Shown here: positions 14,301 to 29,300 of the stretch, in pieces
Position numbering within the stretch: position 1 is the first letter of the stretch
Layout of the letters: every line of letters begins with the position of its first letter
DNA from: Octopus vulgaris
Taxonomy: Eukaryota
Assembly: GCA_951406725.2 (NCBI GenBank)
Contig: OX597823.1
Span: 26,412,001-26,476,000, forward strand
Direction of reading: 5' to 3'
DNA: 64,000 nucleotides
Made by a program: the position numbers and the translations under genes
The notes under the pieces: generated by a model
Database searches by the model: none
What the model saw: only the letters and a program-made list of their open reading frames with translations
What the model was told of the DNA's origin: nothing

Positions 14301-17300
14301 CATAGTCTCTCCACCTTTTCCAATTCTCAGATTGCCTTGCTTCATTACACAAAATAGCTGGTGGTAATGTGAATGACTGATAAGCAAGGCAGGTTGAAAG
14401 TGCTGAACAACATTTGGTAAATAAAGTGAAGAAAAATATTGCTGAAGCCTTCTTGGCTTGATACAAAGAGGCATTTAATTTTATTTGTCACTGGATATAC
14501 CGTACTTAAGGAAAGCACCTTAATTGCTGCTATTGAAAGTCTCTCAAAGACTAGTTTAACTTTCCTTGAATTTGTGACTGGATGTAGAAAGGTTGTCTTC
14601 AGTATTTTAAATCTTTCAAAAGCAATATGTCACAGTAACAACTGATTTTTCTTTCAGTGATTTTTAATAGTCTGGGCAACAGTTCTTTGCAAATAGTAGT
14701 CCTTTAACCCTTTCGTTACTATATTTCTGACCAAAATACACCCCTTATGTGTTTCAATTAATTTCTAACGTAATCATAAATTTAGTCTGGTTTCATTAAA
14801 CAACTATAACTTTTTTATTTATCAATATATTAACATGAATTTTGGAAGATAATTTAATGAAATGTTCTCAACCAATTCTATACTATAATTTTTGTCACAA
14901 AGTGACTCTAATTGCAGGTAGATACAGGTAAATTCAACAATATATAAAATTATTAAAATTTTGTTCAAACATCGCTATAGAAAATGGGTTATTAGCTAAT
15001 ATTCAATTGGGTATACAACAAAATTTTACGATAGAATTTGTTATTCTGGGTAACTTTCTGATACCCATAATAATATTTATGGCAAAATAGGCCTTAATTT
15101 CATTTAAGGTTGTGGGAAATAACAAACTATCCTTTCTTTCGCTTTGTTAACATTTAGCGTAACGGTTCGTTTCCGCCGTAATGATTTCAAATAGGCTCAT
15201 TCGAAAAAGTAAAAAGAAATAGTTTAAGGCTTTACTCTTCTGGGAAAGTCTGTGGCTTGGTTCAGTTTCTTCAGAAAAATCACCGAAAGAAACAGTTTTT
15301 AAATTTTCCTCCATTCAGGTGCCAATTCATTTTCTTTATCGCTGTCGGAGCTCTCAGATTCACTGTTTTCACTTTCGGAAAATGAAACATCAGATTCATT
15401 ATCAAATACCACATGCTTTTTTTTTCAGTCATAGAGTTAGATTTATGAAGGTCTTCAGTAGAAAATCCTTCGAATTCTGACTCGCTGCTTGATATAATGA
15501 AATTCGTATCCATTTTTTGTCAGAATTACAAATTTTGAAAACACAATAGGAACAAATTTCGGAAAAAAATCTCCCATAATTCACGGAATTAAAATTACAC
15601 TTCGATTTTTGTACAAAACTGTAGTTGAACTGTTTACGAAGTATAATACGTGTTTTCACGAATGTACTAAAGAGATTTACTCTGATATTCTCATTTAAAT
15701 ATGAATAGGTAAATTCGGGCGGTTTGAGGCGGCTTGGTCACATTAACCAAAATTTTTTTCAGGCGGTTTTGGGCGGTTTGGTAACGAATGGGTTAATGTT
15801 GCTTTCACTCTTGGTCTAAGTCACCAAGTGCACTTGAATGACCTGTAGTATTGTCAAACACTCATAAAATGTTAAAATCCAAATTTAGTGACTCGCAGCA
15901 TCTGTTGGCCCTGGGAGAGAAACAATTCTTGAACCATTCTTTAAATACAGATTTTGTAACCAAAGCTGGGAACCATTGTTATGTCAGTTGTAAACATGTC
16001 AATCTTCAATTTTTATCCTCTGCTAGATTTCAATATTCACAAACATACATTTATACACACACACACACATATATATATATTTGAGGTTTCTGTTAATTAC
16101 TGAGATGTCCCTCTCATTTTTTTCTCTTTAGGTGGTGATGATCTCGATTCTGTGCTTATTGGAATTAAATCAAGAACACGAGAATGTGTGTATTCTGGGA
16201 AGAAAGCAACTTTAAAAGGTAACTGGTTTCATTTTATACACTCTACCCTCATTTCACTTATATATATCCTGATCTTGCTTCGTACATACTCTGCACTCAT
16301 TTTACACACACCCTCTTTACTATTGTTTTCTTTGTGCACTGTTATGAAGTAAATAATTCAACCATGACTGAATATATTTTTATAACAAAAATATATTATT
16401 ACGTAGCTTTCAAGTTTTATTCAGCTGTAAGTCCATACATACTTCATCCAGTTCAGGCAACTTGTTTGAACCACTGTAACAGACGTCCCAAATGAGGCAT
16501 GAATGTCTGACCTGGGTTTTAGTCACATTGATCCTATAGGATGCAGTTTCAAGTTGGGCTCAGGACATACGTTTGACACATACAAGTACATTAGAATCAT
16601 CTTAAAAACTACTGTCCAAGGTGCCACGCAGTGGGATTGAATCCAGAACCATGTGGTTGGTAAGCAAGCTACTTTCCACACAGCCACTCCTGTAAAATCA
16701 CTTTTACATTTCAAAGGGTCTTCTCTGAAATATATTTATCAGTTAGCATTGGATGATGTCTATTTATAGTTTGAGATTTAAGCACAAGACCAACAATTTT
16801 GAGGAAAGGGGATTAGTCGACTAATATCCTTCTTGATTGGTACTTTGCTTTATTGACACCCAACCCTTGAAAATGAAAGACAATGCTAACTCTGGTGGGT
16901 GCTGAATTTAGAACGTAAAATACCACAGGGCATTTTGCTCAATGCTCTAACAATTTTGCAGCTTGCTGTTCACATCTTGTCACTATTCACAGTCTACTCT
17001 TTGCTTGGAGAGAGAATCCTTTTGTTGTCAGCAAAGGTAGCAGCACTGTGAAGGCCTCTGGGACTGATGGGAATGAGGAAGAATCTTATCCACAGACCTG
17101 ATCCAAATGTTTATAGCTTCTGTTAAAAGAATCCAATGTTTCTATATTTGCAGTTTTCTTTTTTTGTAAAAGTTAAAAAAATAAGGATGTTGAAATTCAG
17201 TTTATTCAGGACACCAACAGCCTGGGTAGTTGTAAAAAACAATAGAATAAGGCCTTAGTTAACCAGGAAAGAGTCTGAGGATAGACGGCCTTGCTACTGT

Positions 17301-17794
17301 TCTGTTCTGTGAGGATAGATATAAATAAAGGGTTCCAAATTGCAAAGCAGTGTGTTTGCATGAACCAGGATGTCATTGGGGGTGGGGGTATGGGAATGTG
17401 GCTGAAATGACACTGGTACATTTGACCTGAGTGACAATGAAAAGAAACCAGCATAAAAGCCTTCCTTTAAGAGTCATTGTTGACTGAAGAATAATTGAAC
17501 TATTTATTAACATGTGCACAGAGAGGGAGACAAAAAAAATTGATGTGAAATTTTGGCTAGTGGTTTTGCTTCTCAGAGTGTGTGTGTGTGTGTGAGAGAG
17601 AGAGAAAGATGTAATGTTCTATTATTTAACACACTTACACTATATATTTTTTCTATTCCAGAATTACCAACGTTATTTACTGCCTGTATTCAAGTCCTGA
17701 TTGAAAATATCGACAGTAAGAGAGATCTTTCGTTTTGTTAGAAATTGAAAATATTTTATACTTTACTTCCTTTGACCACTTCCATTTATTTAAA

Positions 17795-17833
<39 letters not shown>

Positions 17834-20800
17834 TTACTGAGTTAACCCCCCACTTTTGAATGGAAAAAGTCAAAGATGTTTGCAGATGTGGGTTTGAGTC
17901 CCCTCTCAGCAGCCTTCAACTTTTCCATCTAAGAAGTTTCATCATCATCATCGTTTAACGCCCGCTTTCCATGCTGGCACAGGTTGGACGGTTTGACTGA
18001 GGGCTGGCGAGCCAGAAGGCTGCACCAGGTTCCAATCTGATCTGGCAAAGTTTCTACAGCTGGATGCCCTGCCTAACATTAACCACTCCGAGAGTGTAGT
18101 GGGTGCTTTTTACGTGCCACCGGCATGAGGGCCAGTCAGGTGGTACTGGCAACAACCATGCTCAAATGGTGCTTTTTACTTGCTGCCAGCACAGGAGTTA
18201 GTCAGGCAGCACTGGCAACGACCATGCTCGGATGGTGTTTTTTACATGCAACCGGCACAGGAGCCAGGCTCAAGTGACACTGGCAATGATCACGCTCGAA
18301 TGTTGCTTTTTACGTGTCACTGGCACGAGTGCCAATCAGGCGGTACTATCATTGGCCACGTCAACAATTTCACTTGCCTCAACAGGTCTTTGCAAGCACA
18401 GTTTATTGCCCATTGATTGAAATGTACTCTTAAATGGGCTGGTTATGCTGCACTGGCATAGGCCACAGTTGTGGTCTCACTTGCCTTGCTGGGTCTTCTC
18501 AAACACAGTATATCTCCAAAGGTCTCGGTCACTTGTCATTGCCTCGGTGAGGCCCATTGTTCAAAGGTCATGCTTCAACACCTCATCCCAGGTCTTCCTG
18601 GGTCTACTTCTTTCACAGGTTCTACTGCAAGGGTGTGACACTTTTTCACACAGCTATCCTCATCCATTCGCAACACGTCCATACCAGCGCAGTTGTCTCT
18701 CTTGCACACCACATCTGATGCTTCTTATGTCCAACTTTTCTCTCAGGGCACTTACACTCTGTTGTGTATGCACATTGACATTACACATCCAGCGGAGCGT
18801 ACTGGCTTCATTTCTTTCAAGCTTATGTGTGTCCTCAGCAGTCACAGTCCATGTTTCATTGCCGTGTAGCATGGCTGTTTGCACACATGCATCATACAAT
18901 CTACCTTTCAATCTGAAAGAGAAGCCCTTTATTGCTAACTGAGGTAGGAGCCTTCTGAACTTTGCCCGGGCTATTTTTATTCTAGCATCTACATTTTGAG
19001 AGCATTCACCTCCAGCTACTGACTTGGTCACCTAGGTAACGGAAGCTATCAACTACTTGTAGTTTTTTCCCCTGGAATGTGACGAAAGCTGTTTTCTGCA
19101 CATTTTCAGTGTTTATTGCTCCTGAGCATTTGCCACACACAAAAACTATCTTCCCAGTTAGTCTTCCTTTGATATTGCTGCACCTCTTATGTGCCCAAGC
19201 TTACATCTTATGATGATAATGATTTTATGGAGTTTCTACGTACGCCTTTTCTACAGATTGAGCAGGGCCATCTACCTGAAGGGATTTGTGGTTTGTCTGC
19301 CTTCCTACTTATTAAGACTTTGGTTTTTGCTAGGTTGACTCTAAGGCCCTTCGATTCTAGACCTTGCTTCCGCACCTAAAACTTCTCCTAGTTCTTATAG
19401 TGACTTAGTTATTTATTAACTCAGTATTACACATGCTATAATTTACTGAAAATAATATTGAGAGTCAAAACTATTGAAAAAGTTGCAAGACTCAGTGAAA
19501 ATTTTAGAAAAATAAAAAAGATATAAGTGGAAATTTTTACCGGTGAGTGTATTAAATTATAAGGCACCAAAAGAGAAAGACTCTCCCCAGACACAACAGA
19601 ATATTGAAAATGACTTTCTAAAATTGTTTTTCCTCTTCCTTTAGTGTTTTCTTAAATCTTTTTCTTTTTCTTTTTCCCTTTCTCTGGAGTAACAATAGAG
19701 AAAGATAGAGAATAAGAGGTACACATGAAGAGAAAGAGAGATACATAGATAAAAGGAAGGCAGAGAGAGAGGGAGAGTGCTGCTACTGATGGCTGTGAAT
19801 CATTCACATTAATAATTTGTTGTAAAAATTCTTCTCTTTGACTTAATCCACAAATGAAACCCTGCTGGTTTAAATAATGCCAGATCATTATCATCATCAT
19901 CATCATCGTCGTTTAACGTCTGTTTTCCATGCTGGCATGGGTTGGACGGTTTGACTGAGGGCTGGCAAGCCAGAAGGCTGCACCAGATTCCAATCTGATC
20001 TGGCAAAGGTTCTACAGCTGGATGCCCTTCCTAATGCCAACCACTCCGAGAGTGTAGTGGGTGCTTTTACGTGCCAGTCAGGCGACACTGGTATCAACCA
20101 CGCTCGAATGGTGCTTTTTACATGCCACCAGCATGGGTATCAATCAGACGCTACTGTCATCAGCCACAACAATGACTTCACTTGCCTCAACAGGTCTTCG
20201 CAGGCACAGTTTGTTGCCCAATGGTTGAAGGGTGCTCTTAAATAGGCTGGTTATGCTGCACTGGCATATATACTTGATATACTTGATGATGCAGTGTAGT
20301 ATCTCATATAAGAAACACTTGAGCTGGTTATAGATTGAAGGCCTTTAACAGTAGATTTAGTGTTTCATCAGAACTTGGGATTAAACGACAACTACAAAAT
20401 AATAATAACAACAATGAAACTGTTAAGAGTACAAAATTAAAAGAATCTAAATATAGAATTATCAACAAACAATCTGAATTAGAAACTATGTTTTGAAATA
20501 TAGAACCCCCTTAAATACCCTAATATGTCGATACCAACAATTACTGCTGTCTGTTTTGTTTTCTGAATGTCTTAAAAGCAGTGTCATGTTAATCCTTTCT
20601 ACTATAAGCACAAGGTCTGAAATTCTGGGGCAGGGGACCAGTCGATTACATTGACCCCAGTGTTTCACTTGTACTTAATTTATACACCCCGAAAGGATGA
20701 AAGGCAAAGTTGACCCTGGTGGCATTTGAATTCAGAATGTAAAGACAGGTTGACCCCAGTGTTTCACTGGTACTTAATTTATAGTCCCTCCAAAGGATGA

Positions 20801-23800
20801 AAGGCAAAGTTGACACTTGCAGGATTTGGATTCAGAATGTAAAGACAAGTGAAATATCGCTTAAGCATTTTACCCAATTCTGCCAGCTTGCTGCCTTAGC
20901 AGTATCATGTTAATGGAAGTCCCCTTTTAACAATGAACTCTAAGTTGCTCAAAGTCAGTGATTCCTTACCATCTTCTTCCCCATGGATCCATTTGATTTC
21001 TTTTTTCTTTGGGTGGACCCTCATAACAATTTGATGTTTAAAAAATCTTATTATATATTTTTAGAATTAAATATTATTAAGAATTATATAAAAGATTGTT
21101 GAAATATCTATATATATAAAACTGTAGTTGTGTGAGTGTCTGTCCCCTTCGATTTAGATTCCTAACTACTCCCACATTTTGCGGTGCAGTTTAACCAAAT
21201 TCGGGTATCTTATAGTCGTGATTCATATCGAGCCCGTCTGAGTATTAGCGCGCGTCTACGATGAGTCTACGATTTTAAAAATAATTTAACATCATTTTTT
21301 ATTCCATTTTAATGCATAATTTTTCGTGTGTCGATGGCGGCGGAGTTGGCGTCCATGGTCACACCTGCACCTGTTTGCTTCTCCCCCTTCTTCCCTCCCC
21401 CGTGAAGCTGTGGGGAAGGGAGTGTAAGGAAATCAACGTTGTAAAGCGTTGTCAAGGAGACCAGCGTTCTTTTAGAACAACGACTTCATGGCTTGAAGAC
21501 ATCAAAACAGAAATGGCTAAGAAAGCCCGAATTGGCATCTATAAGGGAAGTAACTCTCTAAAAATGCTTATATAGTTATTTCCCTTACAAACCCGAGCAA
21601 CGCCGGGCGATACTGCTAGTTGCACATAAATTTTAACAACAAAATCTTATATGAATCCCAAGGGTTTTATGGACCCTGGTTGAGAACCACTGCTCTAAAC
21701 TACTTAATATGGGAGATACATGAAAATACATTCTTTAAATCAGATAACAAAGAACCTGCAACAAAGCCTCTACTTGTTATCCAGATCCTATGGACGTAAG
21801 AGCTAAACTTCCTTTATAATAATCTCTATTGGTGTGTGTGTGTCTCCACTAGACATGTGATAGTTGTAAATGAGTTTCACTGTTATGTGTTTCCAATCTT
21901 CTGTGAAAACATGTCCAGCCATGGAGAGATATTATTACCTTCGTTGGAAACAGATGAGGGCTGGTGACAGGAAGAGCATCCAACCATAGAATATCTGCTT
22001 TAACAAATTCCGTCTGGCACTTGCATGTGTAGAAAAGTTGGTGTTAAAACAGATGTGATAATGAGAGAGAAAGAAAGAGAGAGAGTTAGAGAGAGGGAGA
22101 CACACGCACACGCACGCACGCACACACACACACTCTTGTATGTATGAGTGCGTCTGAATCCACGTCTGTTTATATTTACTGGTGTAAACTAGTGTGTCAA
22201 GTTACGTCCCTTTATGTCTTAAATATACACAATTTAACATTCTGATAGGCAGACATAAGTAAAGATGTTGATATAATTGACTAAATTCCTTGAATTCAGT
22301 GCCCCAGCATGGTCATTATCCAATAATTGATAACTGGGAAAGTGTAAACCAGTTTGAGATTTTTTAAAGTTTTAATTTTATTTTTGATTTCTTACTTAAT
22401 TTTTATAATTGCAGGTCTTGAATATGTTGGTGGTATACCATTTCTGATCCTTCAACCAGTTCTGGAGCGCTGTACTGTATCTCAGCTTTATACTTTAGAA
22501 GACTACAATCCGGTAAACACAGCTTCTTCTCTGCCCTCCTCAGTAATTCCTTAGGAATTTCATCAACATCCATCATTATTCTAATGTTATTGATGTTATT
22601 GTTTAGCCCCCAAGTCAACCGTGATCTTGTGTAGCTCTGATCTAAGTCATTCCAGCTGTGACCATCTAGTTTTTTTTATTCAGATATAGCATTCTCTTCC
22701 CTCCTCAGTAATTCCTTAGGAATTTCATCAACATCCATCATTATTCTAATGTTATTGATGTTATTGTTTAGCCCCAAGTCAACCGTGATCTAGTGTAGCT
22801 CTGATCTAAGTCATTCCAGCTGTGACCATCTAGTTTTTTTTATTCAGATATAGCATACCTACGACCATATTATGTTTACAAATGTCTATTTCCATTTGTT
22901 ATGGTGATAGGATAGGCTGAAAGAGACTTAGCTGCTATTACTGGAGTGCTTGCTTCAGTGTTGAGATATTTGGCTCTTTTAACTGAACATTAAATGGAAA
23001 TGATGTTCGCATAAAATACAAGTACGTTTATTCTTACATGCTTCAGTTACTGGTCTGTGGCCATGCTGGGGCACTTCTTCGAGGGGTTTAGTTGAATAAA
23101 TCATCTCCTCTACTTATGCTTTCAGTCTGGAAATTATTCTATTGGTCTGTTTTGCCAAACTGCTATGTTACGGGGATGTAAACAAACCAACAGTCATTGT
23201 CAAGCAGTGGGAGGGCGGACACACAAATGCACACACTCACACACTGTTGTCGTCGTCGTCGTCATCATCATTTAATGTCTGCTTTCCATGCTGGCATGGA
23301 CGGGACAGTTTGACAGGAGCCAGCCAGGTAGAAGCCTGCACCAGACTTCTGTGACTGTTTTGGCAGAATTTTTACAGCCGGGTGCCCATCCTAACATAAC
23401 CCATCCACCCAGCATATTGGACTTAGTGTTTTTTACATGGCACAGGCACAGGCAAGGACAGTTTTGGCAAGCTTTTTACAGCTGGATGTCCTTCTAAATG
23501 CCAACCACTTTACAGTGTGGACTGGATGCTTTTAAAGTGGCACTTGCACTGACAGGGTCACCAAGTAACTTGCAAGACAAAGATCTTTTTGAGAGGGGAG
23601 GGGGCATTTGAAGTAAGACAGAAACAGGTGTCTTGCTGTAGAGGAGGTACAAGATCACCTGGCTACAGAGAGAGAGAGATCAAGAATGAAGACAAAAGCA
23701 GGTATGCTGCCGCAAAGGAAATTCATGTTTGCCCGACCTGATGGAAGTGCAGGAGAAGGAGAGAGAGTGTGGGAGACAGCAGGATACAGATGGTGGCAAG

Positions 23801-26330
23801 TGCCAGGGCATACCCTTGAGGTTCAAACGTCATAATATAAGTGGCAGGATATTATGAAAGAAGTGTGATTAGAGAGTGCGGAGTGGGGGGCAGTGAGTGA
23901 TGAAACCTGGGTATATATAGAGTGGTGGGGCTACTCTATAGCAATGATACAGAGAAACAAGGCCGTGCAGACAGGATTGGGGAATGAGCGATAGGCATAG
24001 TGCATGAAGGAGGAAATGTGAAGAAGAATAGAGATGTAGATTGGTTTATTGGGGTAGGATGTGTGAAAAGTTTTGTTATGTGTGCGTGGAATTCACAGGT
24101 CGGGGGCTAGCAGATATCAATGATGCAGTGAGACAAGGTGTGTGGGTGGAAAACACTGGTCAGGAGCTAGGGGATAGCAATGATACAGTGGCACAGGGCC
24201 AAGAGGACAGGATTGGGGAGTGGGAGGTAAGCATAGAGCATGATGTGGAAATGTGAAGAAAACAAGAGATGTAGAGATGTAGTTTGATTTGTTGTGGTAG
24301 GGTATGTGAGAACTTTTCTTGTTATATGTGGGTGGGACACGCCGTGTTTCTAGAACTCAGTTTCACTGATGTGGTTGGGTCTTCTCAAGAATCTCATATT
24401 ACCAGACATCTTGGTCCATTGTCATTTCCTCCATGAGGCCCAACATCTTGAGATTGGTCCTTAACACTTTCCTGGGTGTCCTTCTTCCATGAGTACTATC
24501 CACTTTCAGCGATTAGTGCTACTTTATGCAGCTCTCCTCCTTCATATGCATCACATGTCCAAAGCAATGTAGTCTTCTCTCTTGCATGCTAAATTTGATT
24601 CCTCTTATGCCCAGCTTTTCTCTCAATACATTTGCACTTTGTTGTGCATGCACATTGATGTTGCACATCCAATGGAGCATACTACCTTCATTTCTCTCCA
24701 CTCTACGCATGTCTTCTGCATTCAGAACCCTTGTCAAACTACTATGTTCACACACAAGCATCATACAGTCTATCTTTCACTTTGAGAGAGAGTCCTTTTG
24801 TTGCCAACAGAGGTAATAGCTCTCTGAACTTCCTCCACCCTATTCTTATTCTAGAAACAATACTGTCATAAACAATACTGAATTCTAGAAACATACTGAA
24901 GTCGGCAAGGTGGCAGAAACGTTAGCACGCCAGGCGAAATACTTAGCGGTATTTTGTCTGCCACTACTTTCTGAGTTCAAATTCCACCGAGGTTGCCTTT
25001 CATCCTTTTGGGGTCGATTAAATAAGTACCAGTTATGCACTGGGGTCGATGTAATCAACTGAATCCGTTTGTCTGTCCTTGTTTGTCCCCTCTGTGTGTA
25101 GCCCCCTGTGGGCAGTAAAGAAATAAGAAACAATACTGTCAGAGCATCCGCCACTATTGCTAATTTGGTCACCTAGGTAACTGAAACTATATACAATCTC
25201 AAGAGAGCCTCTTGGACATTTGAGAGAATCTAAGTCCTGTGTGCTCTTAGTGTTTATTGTTCCTGCACATCTGTCACATACAAAGACGATATTATTTGTT
25301 AATCTACCTGTGATTTTGCTGCACCTCTTATGTATCCATAGTTTACACTGGGTGTAGTGAATGGAATTTCTTCCAACTCCTTTCCTACATAATGAGTAGG
25401 ACCATTTACTTGACGGAAAGAGTTTTATCTTCTTTCTTACTAACAAAAGCTTTGGTCTTTGCTAGGTTAACTTTAAAGCCCTTTGATTCCAGGTTTTGTT
25501 TCCTTACCTGGAATTTCTTCTCCAATTCTGCTATAGATTCTGCAATAAGAGCAAGATCATCAGCATACAACAGTTCCCATGAATATATATATATATATAT
25601 ATAATATATATATTTTTTTACTACCCACAAGGGGTTAAACACAGAGGGGGCAAACAAGGACAGATAAACGGGTTAAGTCGATTACATCCACTCCAGTGCA
25701 TAACTGGTACTTAATTTATCGACCCTGAAAGGATGAAAGGCAAAGTTGACCTTGGCGGAATTTGAACTCAGAACGTAACGGCAGACGAAATATGGCTACG
25801 CATTTCGCCCGGCGTGCTAACGTTTCTGCCAGCTTGCCGCCTTGACCACATATATAATATATAGATTAGAGATAAAACCACTATTATGCAACTCTATATA
25901 TGCGTATGATAAGCTTCCACACAGTTTCCATCTACCATTTAAACATTCTTTTAAATTTGTCTTAAATTCTTATAATCTTTTCTTTATAGAACACTGAATA
26001 GTGATCAAATGCTTTCATAAAACTGCTGCTTCCACTAGTGTTGTCCTCGTTGTCATCATCATCATTTCTTTTTATTCATTAAGATATGTGTCTAATAATT
26101 CCATGTCTCTACTTTCAGCATTTCCTTGAAGACTCAGACAAACTATGGAAAATTCATTGTCAACGGGATTTTCGTGGTTATGAACCAGACGAGATGGAAT
26201 CCTGGAGAGAAATGTATTTAGTAAGAATGATTTGTTCTTAGGTAGTATTAGCTCTCAGAGATTTGTCATAGAATGGTAATGGAATTCAGTAGCATTCATG
26301 CCCACTTCTCTCTCTCTTTCTGTCATTTTC

Positions 26331-26361
<31 letters not shown>

Positions 26362-29300
26362 TGAGGGCATTATCAATGTTATTAATGAAAAAAAAACATT
26401 GATTTTTACCCAGGGAGCCTCTCTCTATTTTAGGGATTTTTTTTATTTATAAGAAAGTGAAGCAATTAGAATGTAAGAGCATGAGAGAAAGAGAGAGAAA
26501 TATTCATATGATATTACATGCATGAATTGACACACTCACACACACACATACACACAGACACACAGACACATGCACAAACACACACAGACACATACAGACA
26601 CACATACCCACACACACATGCATGCACAGACACACAGAGATACATACATGCAATCACACATACAAACACACACAGACACACACTCAGACACACACACAGA
26701 CACACATACGAAGATACAAACACACAGACACACAGACATGCACACAGACATAAACACACACACTAACACAGACACACATGCACACACACAGACCCCCCCC
26801 CCCAAACAAAAAAAAAACAAACAAAACAAAACAAGCAAATATATCAAAGATACATTTCTGCTTGTACAAAAAACAGGCTGACTCTTTATTTCATAGTTGA
26901 TTTAGTTGTAGGAAGCTAAGACATTTTATTGTAATTTTGTTTTTACAGAGAAAGTTTGATGAGCGCGAAGCGAAACTCAAAGTGGTTAAGGCTAGTATTT
27001 CAGCCTCAATGTCCAAGGTTACTCCAGGTAAGTAACTTGGAATTCTTTGAGACTTTTCTTTGCTTTATAAGTTGATGAGAAGAGAAAGTGCAATGTCCAT
27101 TTCATGCCCTATTTCCCAAATTCAATGTCTTCTGATGGCTGACTTGACTTTTCTGTCAGGTTAATGTTCATTTATTTGTTTATTTAATATCAGTTTTTCC
27201 ATGCTAGCATGTGTTGGACAGCCACTATTTGAGACAGCATTTTATGGTTAGATGTCTTTTCTGTTGCCAGTCCTTACCTGTTTTTCAGGTTTTGGATTTT
27301 ATATTCCACTGGTTTTCAAAAGTACAGAGCAGCTGGTCATAATATCAGCAACAATGTCTGCAGGATAAATGTATGCATGGAGGAGAAGTGAAGGTTTGAT
27401 TGGACTATTTGTAACAGAGTGAACCCTTCTACTATATGAATATGAAAATTAGGTGATGGTGTTAAGCTGGTTGATATATTAGGTCTACCGTCCAAACTCT
27501 CAAAAGCATTCACTGACAAGATAGAAGACTGAAATTGGTTGTAGTATTAAGCCTACCACACATTACGGATTGCATCCAAAGCAAAAATCTTTTACACACC
27601 ATCACTACTACTTCTTATCCATTACCATGCTGTATCTTCCTTCTTTCATGTACTATAACTTCAGTGACCTCTCCTCTAAAAAATCTTGCTCTTGTTTCAA
27701 ACCACATAATGTATCCAATCTCTTTCCTTAACCCTTTCTATGTATCAGTCGCTATGTTGATTGATTATATTGTGAGAATATCAAAAAATGCTCATGGTGG
27801 ATACATGTGTGTGTGTGATGAGCTCAAGATGGAATTTGCTATTAAAAACAAATCAGTCCCCTTCACCTCACTCTGTTATCAGATTCTGGATTTATTGACA
27901 AAGTAGATTGAAATGATTGCTGAATTCTGTTTTGGTTTCTTTATATTCCCTGGAAGATTTGAACTCAGTGCTCTAGGTTAAGAAAAGATTCATTGCTACT
28001 TACATCTGTGAGTAGTTTTTTCCTTGTTGTACTTATTTGTAGCCAGGTGGACTTGGCCACTTGACAGTTTAATGTCTTGACTATAGCTACAACACAGTGG
28101 CTATAACATGATATGAACCACTGACTTCTTGCTTTGTTCTGTGGTATTCTATCTCTTCATTTATCCATTCTAAAACACCCACCATAGAGAATCTGCACTA
28201 AAACTTCCGACCAGTTTCTCTTCACAAAAGCTACTTGTAGAAACTCACTTCCTATCTATGTTTTTCCCTGCAGCCTTTCAAACTGAAAATTTGGCAGGTG
28301 AGGAACAGTAACTATGAGGCTAAAATGATGAACTTCTGACCTGATGGTTGTAAGTTCAAACTATAACTCTTCTGCAACCATTGTGTTGTTCACTTTGATA
28401 TATGGCACACAACTCTGGCATATTTCACAGTTGGATGGTCAACAATCAAAAGGTCTCCCAGCTGGAAAAAAGAAATTGTCTCCAACCTGGGTTTATAAGG
28501 TGTAAAATGGCTGTAAAGCATCAAGAAATATTATAACATTTTTTAAAATTCTGTTTTATTTGAAATGAGGGAAAATCAAAAATTAAGATGAAAGCCTTAT
28601 GTTTTGTATCTGATTGGTGTATTTGAACATCTTGGTAACTTTCTTATTAATTAATGATACAACAACTGCAATGCAGTTTCAGATGAAACCTCTTGCCAAA
28701 TTTAAGCAAGAGAGAAATAACCAATTCTTAGATCAAATCTCTAATTGAAAATATACAAGGAGGATTAATAAAACCTCAGATCAAGTTTAACACATAATTT
28801 CAGGTGAAATCCATTACTACAGTAACAGGCATAAAGAAAAAATTTCTGATTAAATTTCTTGCTAAAAGTATATAAAAAAAAAACCTGCAAAAGTTGATAG
28901 ACTTTCAATATTTCAGATTCAAAAAATATTTTCTCATTGATGGTTAGTTTGTTTTCTTTGTTTCTTTGATATTTTTTTAGAGAGAACAGTTAAGATGGCG
29001 TTTGTAGAAGCACCTGCAAAACCTCCACGAGATGTTCGTCGCAAGCAGTTGAAGCATGGAACAGGGACCATCACCAAGGATGCTTTAGGCCCATATCGTA
29101 CATATAAACCGGTTGTCAATAACAAACTTCTGGCTTCCACTGCTGCCTCCCACTCGAGTTCTTCAGGTCCTTCTTCAGCGAGAATACAGGTTTCTCAACA
29201 ACATCGCTGTAAGTTGACCTTTCTGCTTTATCTATTGAGTTGTGCACCTAGCACAGCACCCAGCTTAATACTACCACCTAGTCCTTGGGTTTGTTTAGTG

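Noticed and set aside
21312-21575. Conserved 87-88 aa ORF present twice (also 62623-62889)
   Set aside because: Conservation reflects two young Helitron copies, and the reading frame shifts internally between them.
26514-26881. Overlapping HT/CV-repeat ORFs (also 56582-57491 and 42645-43084)
   Set aside because: Translations of (CA)n and (TA)n microsatellites.
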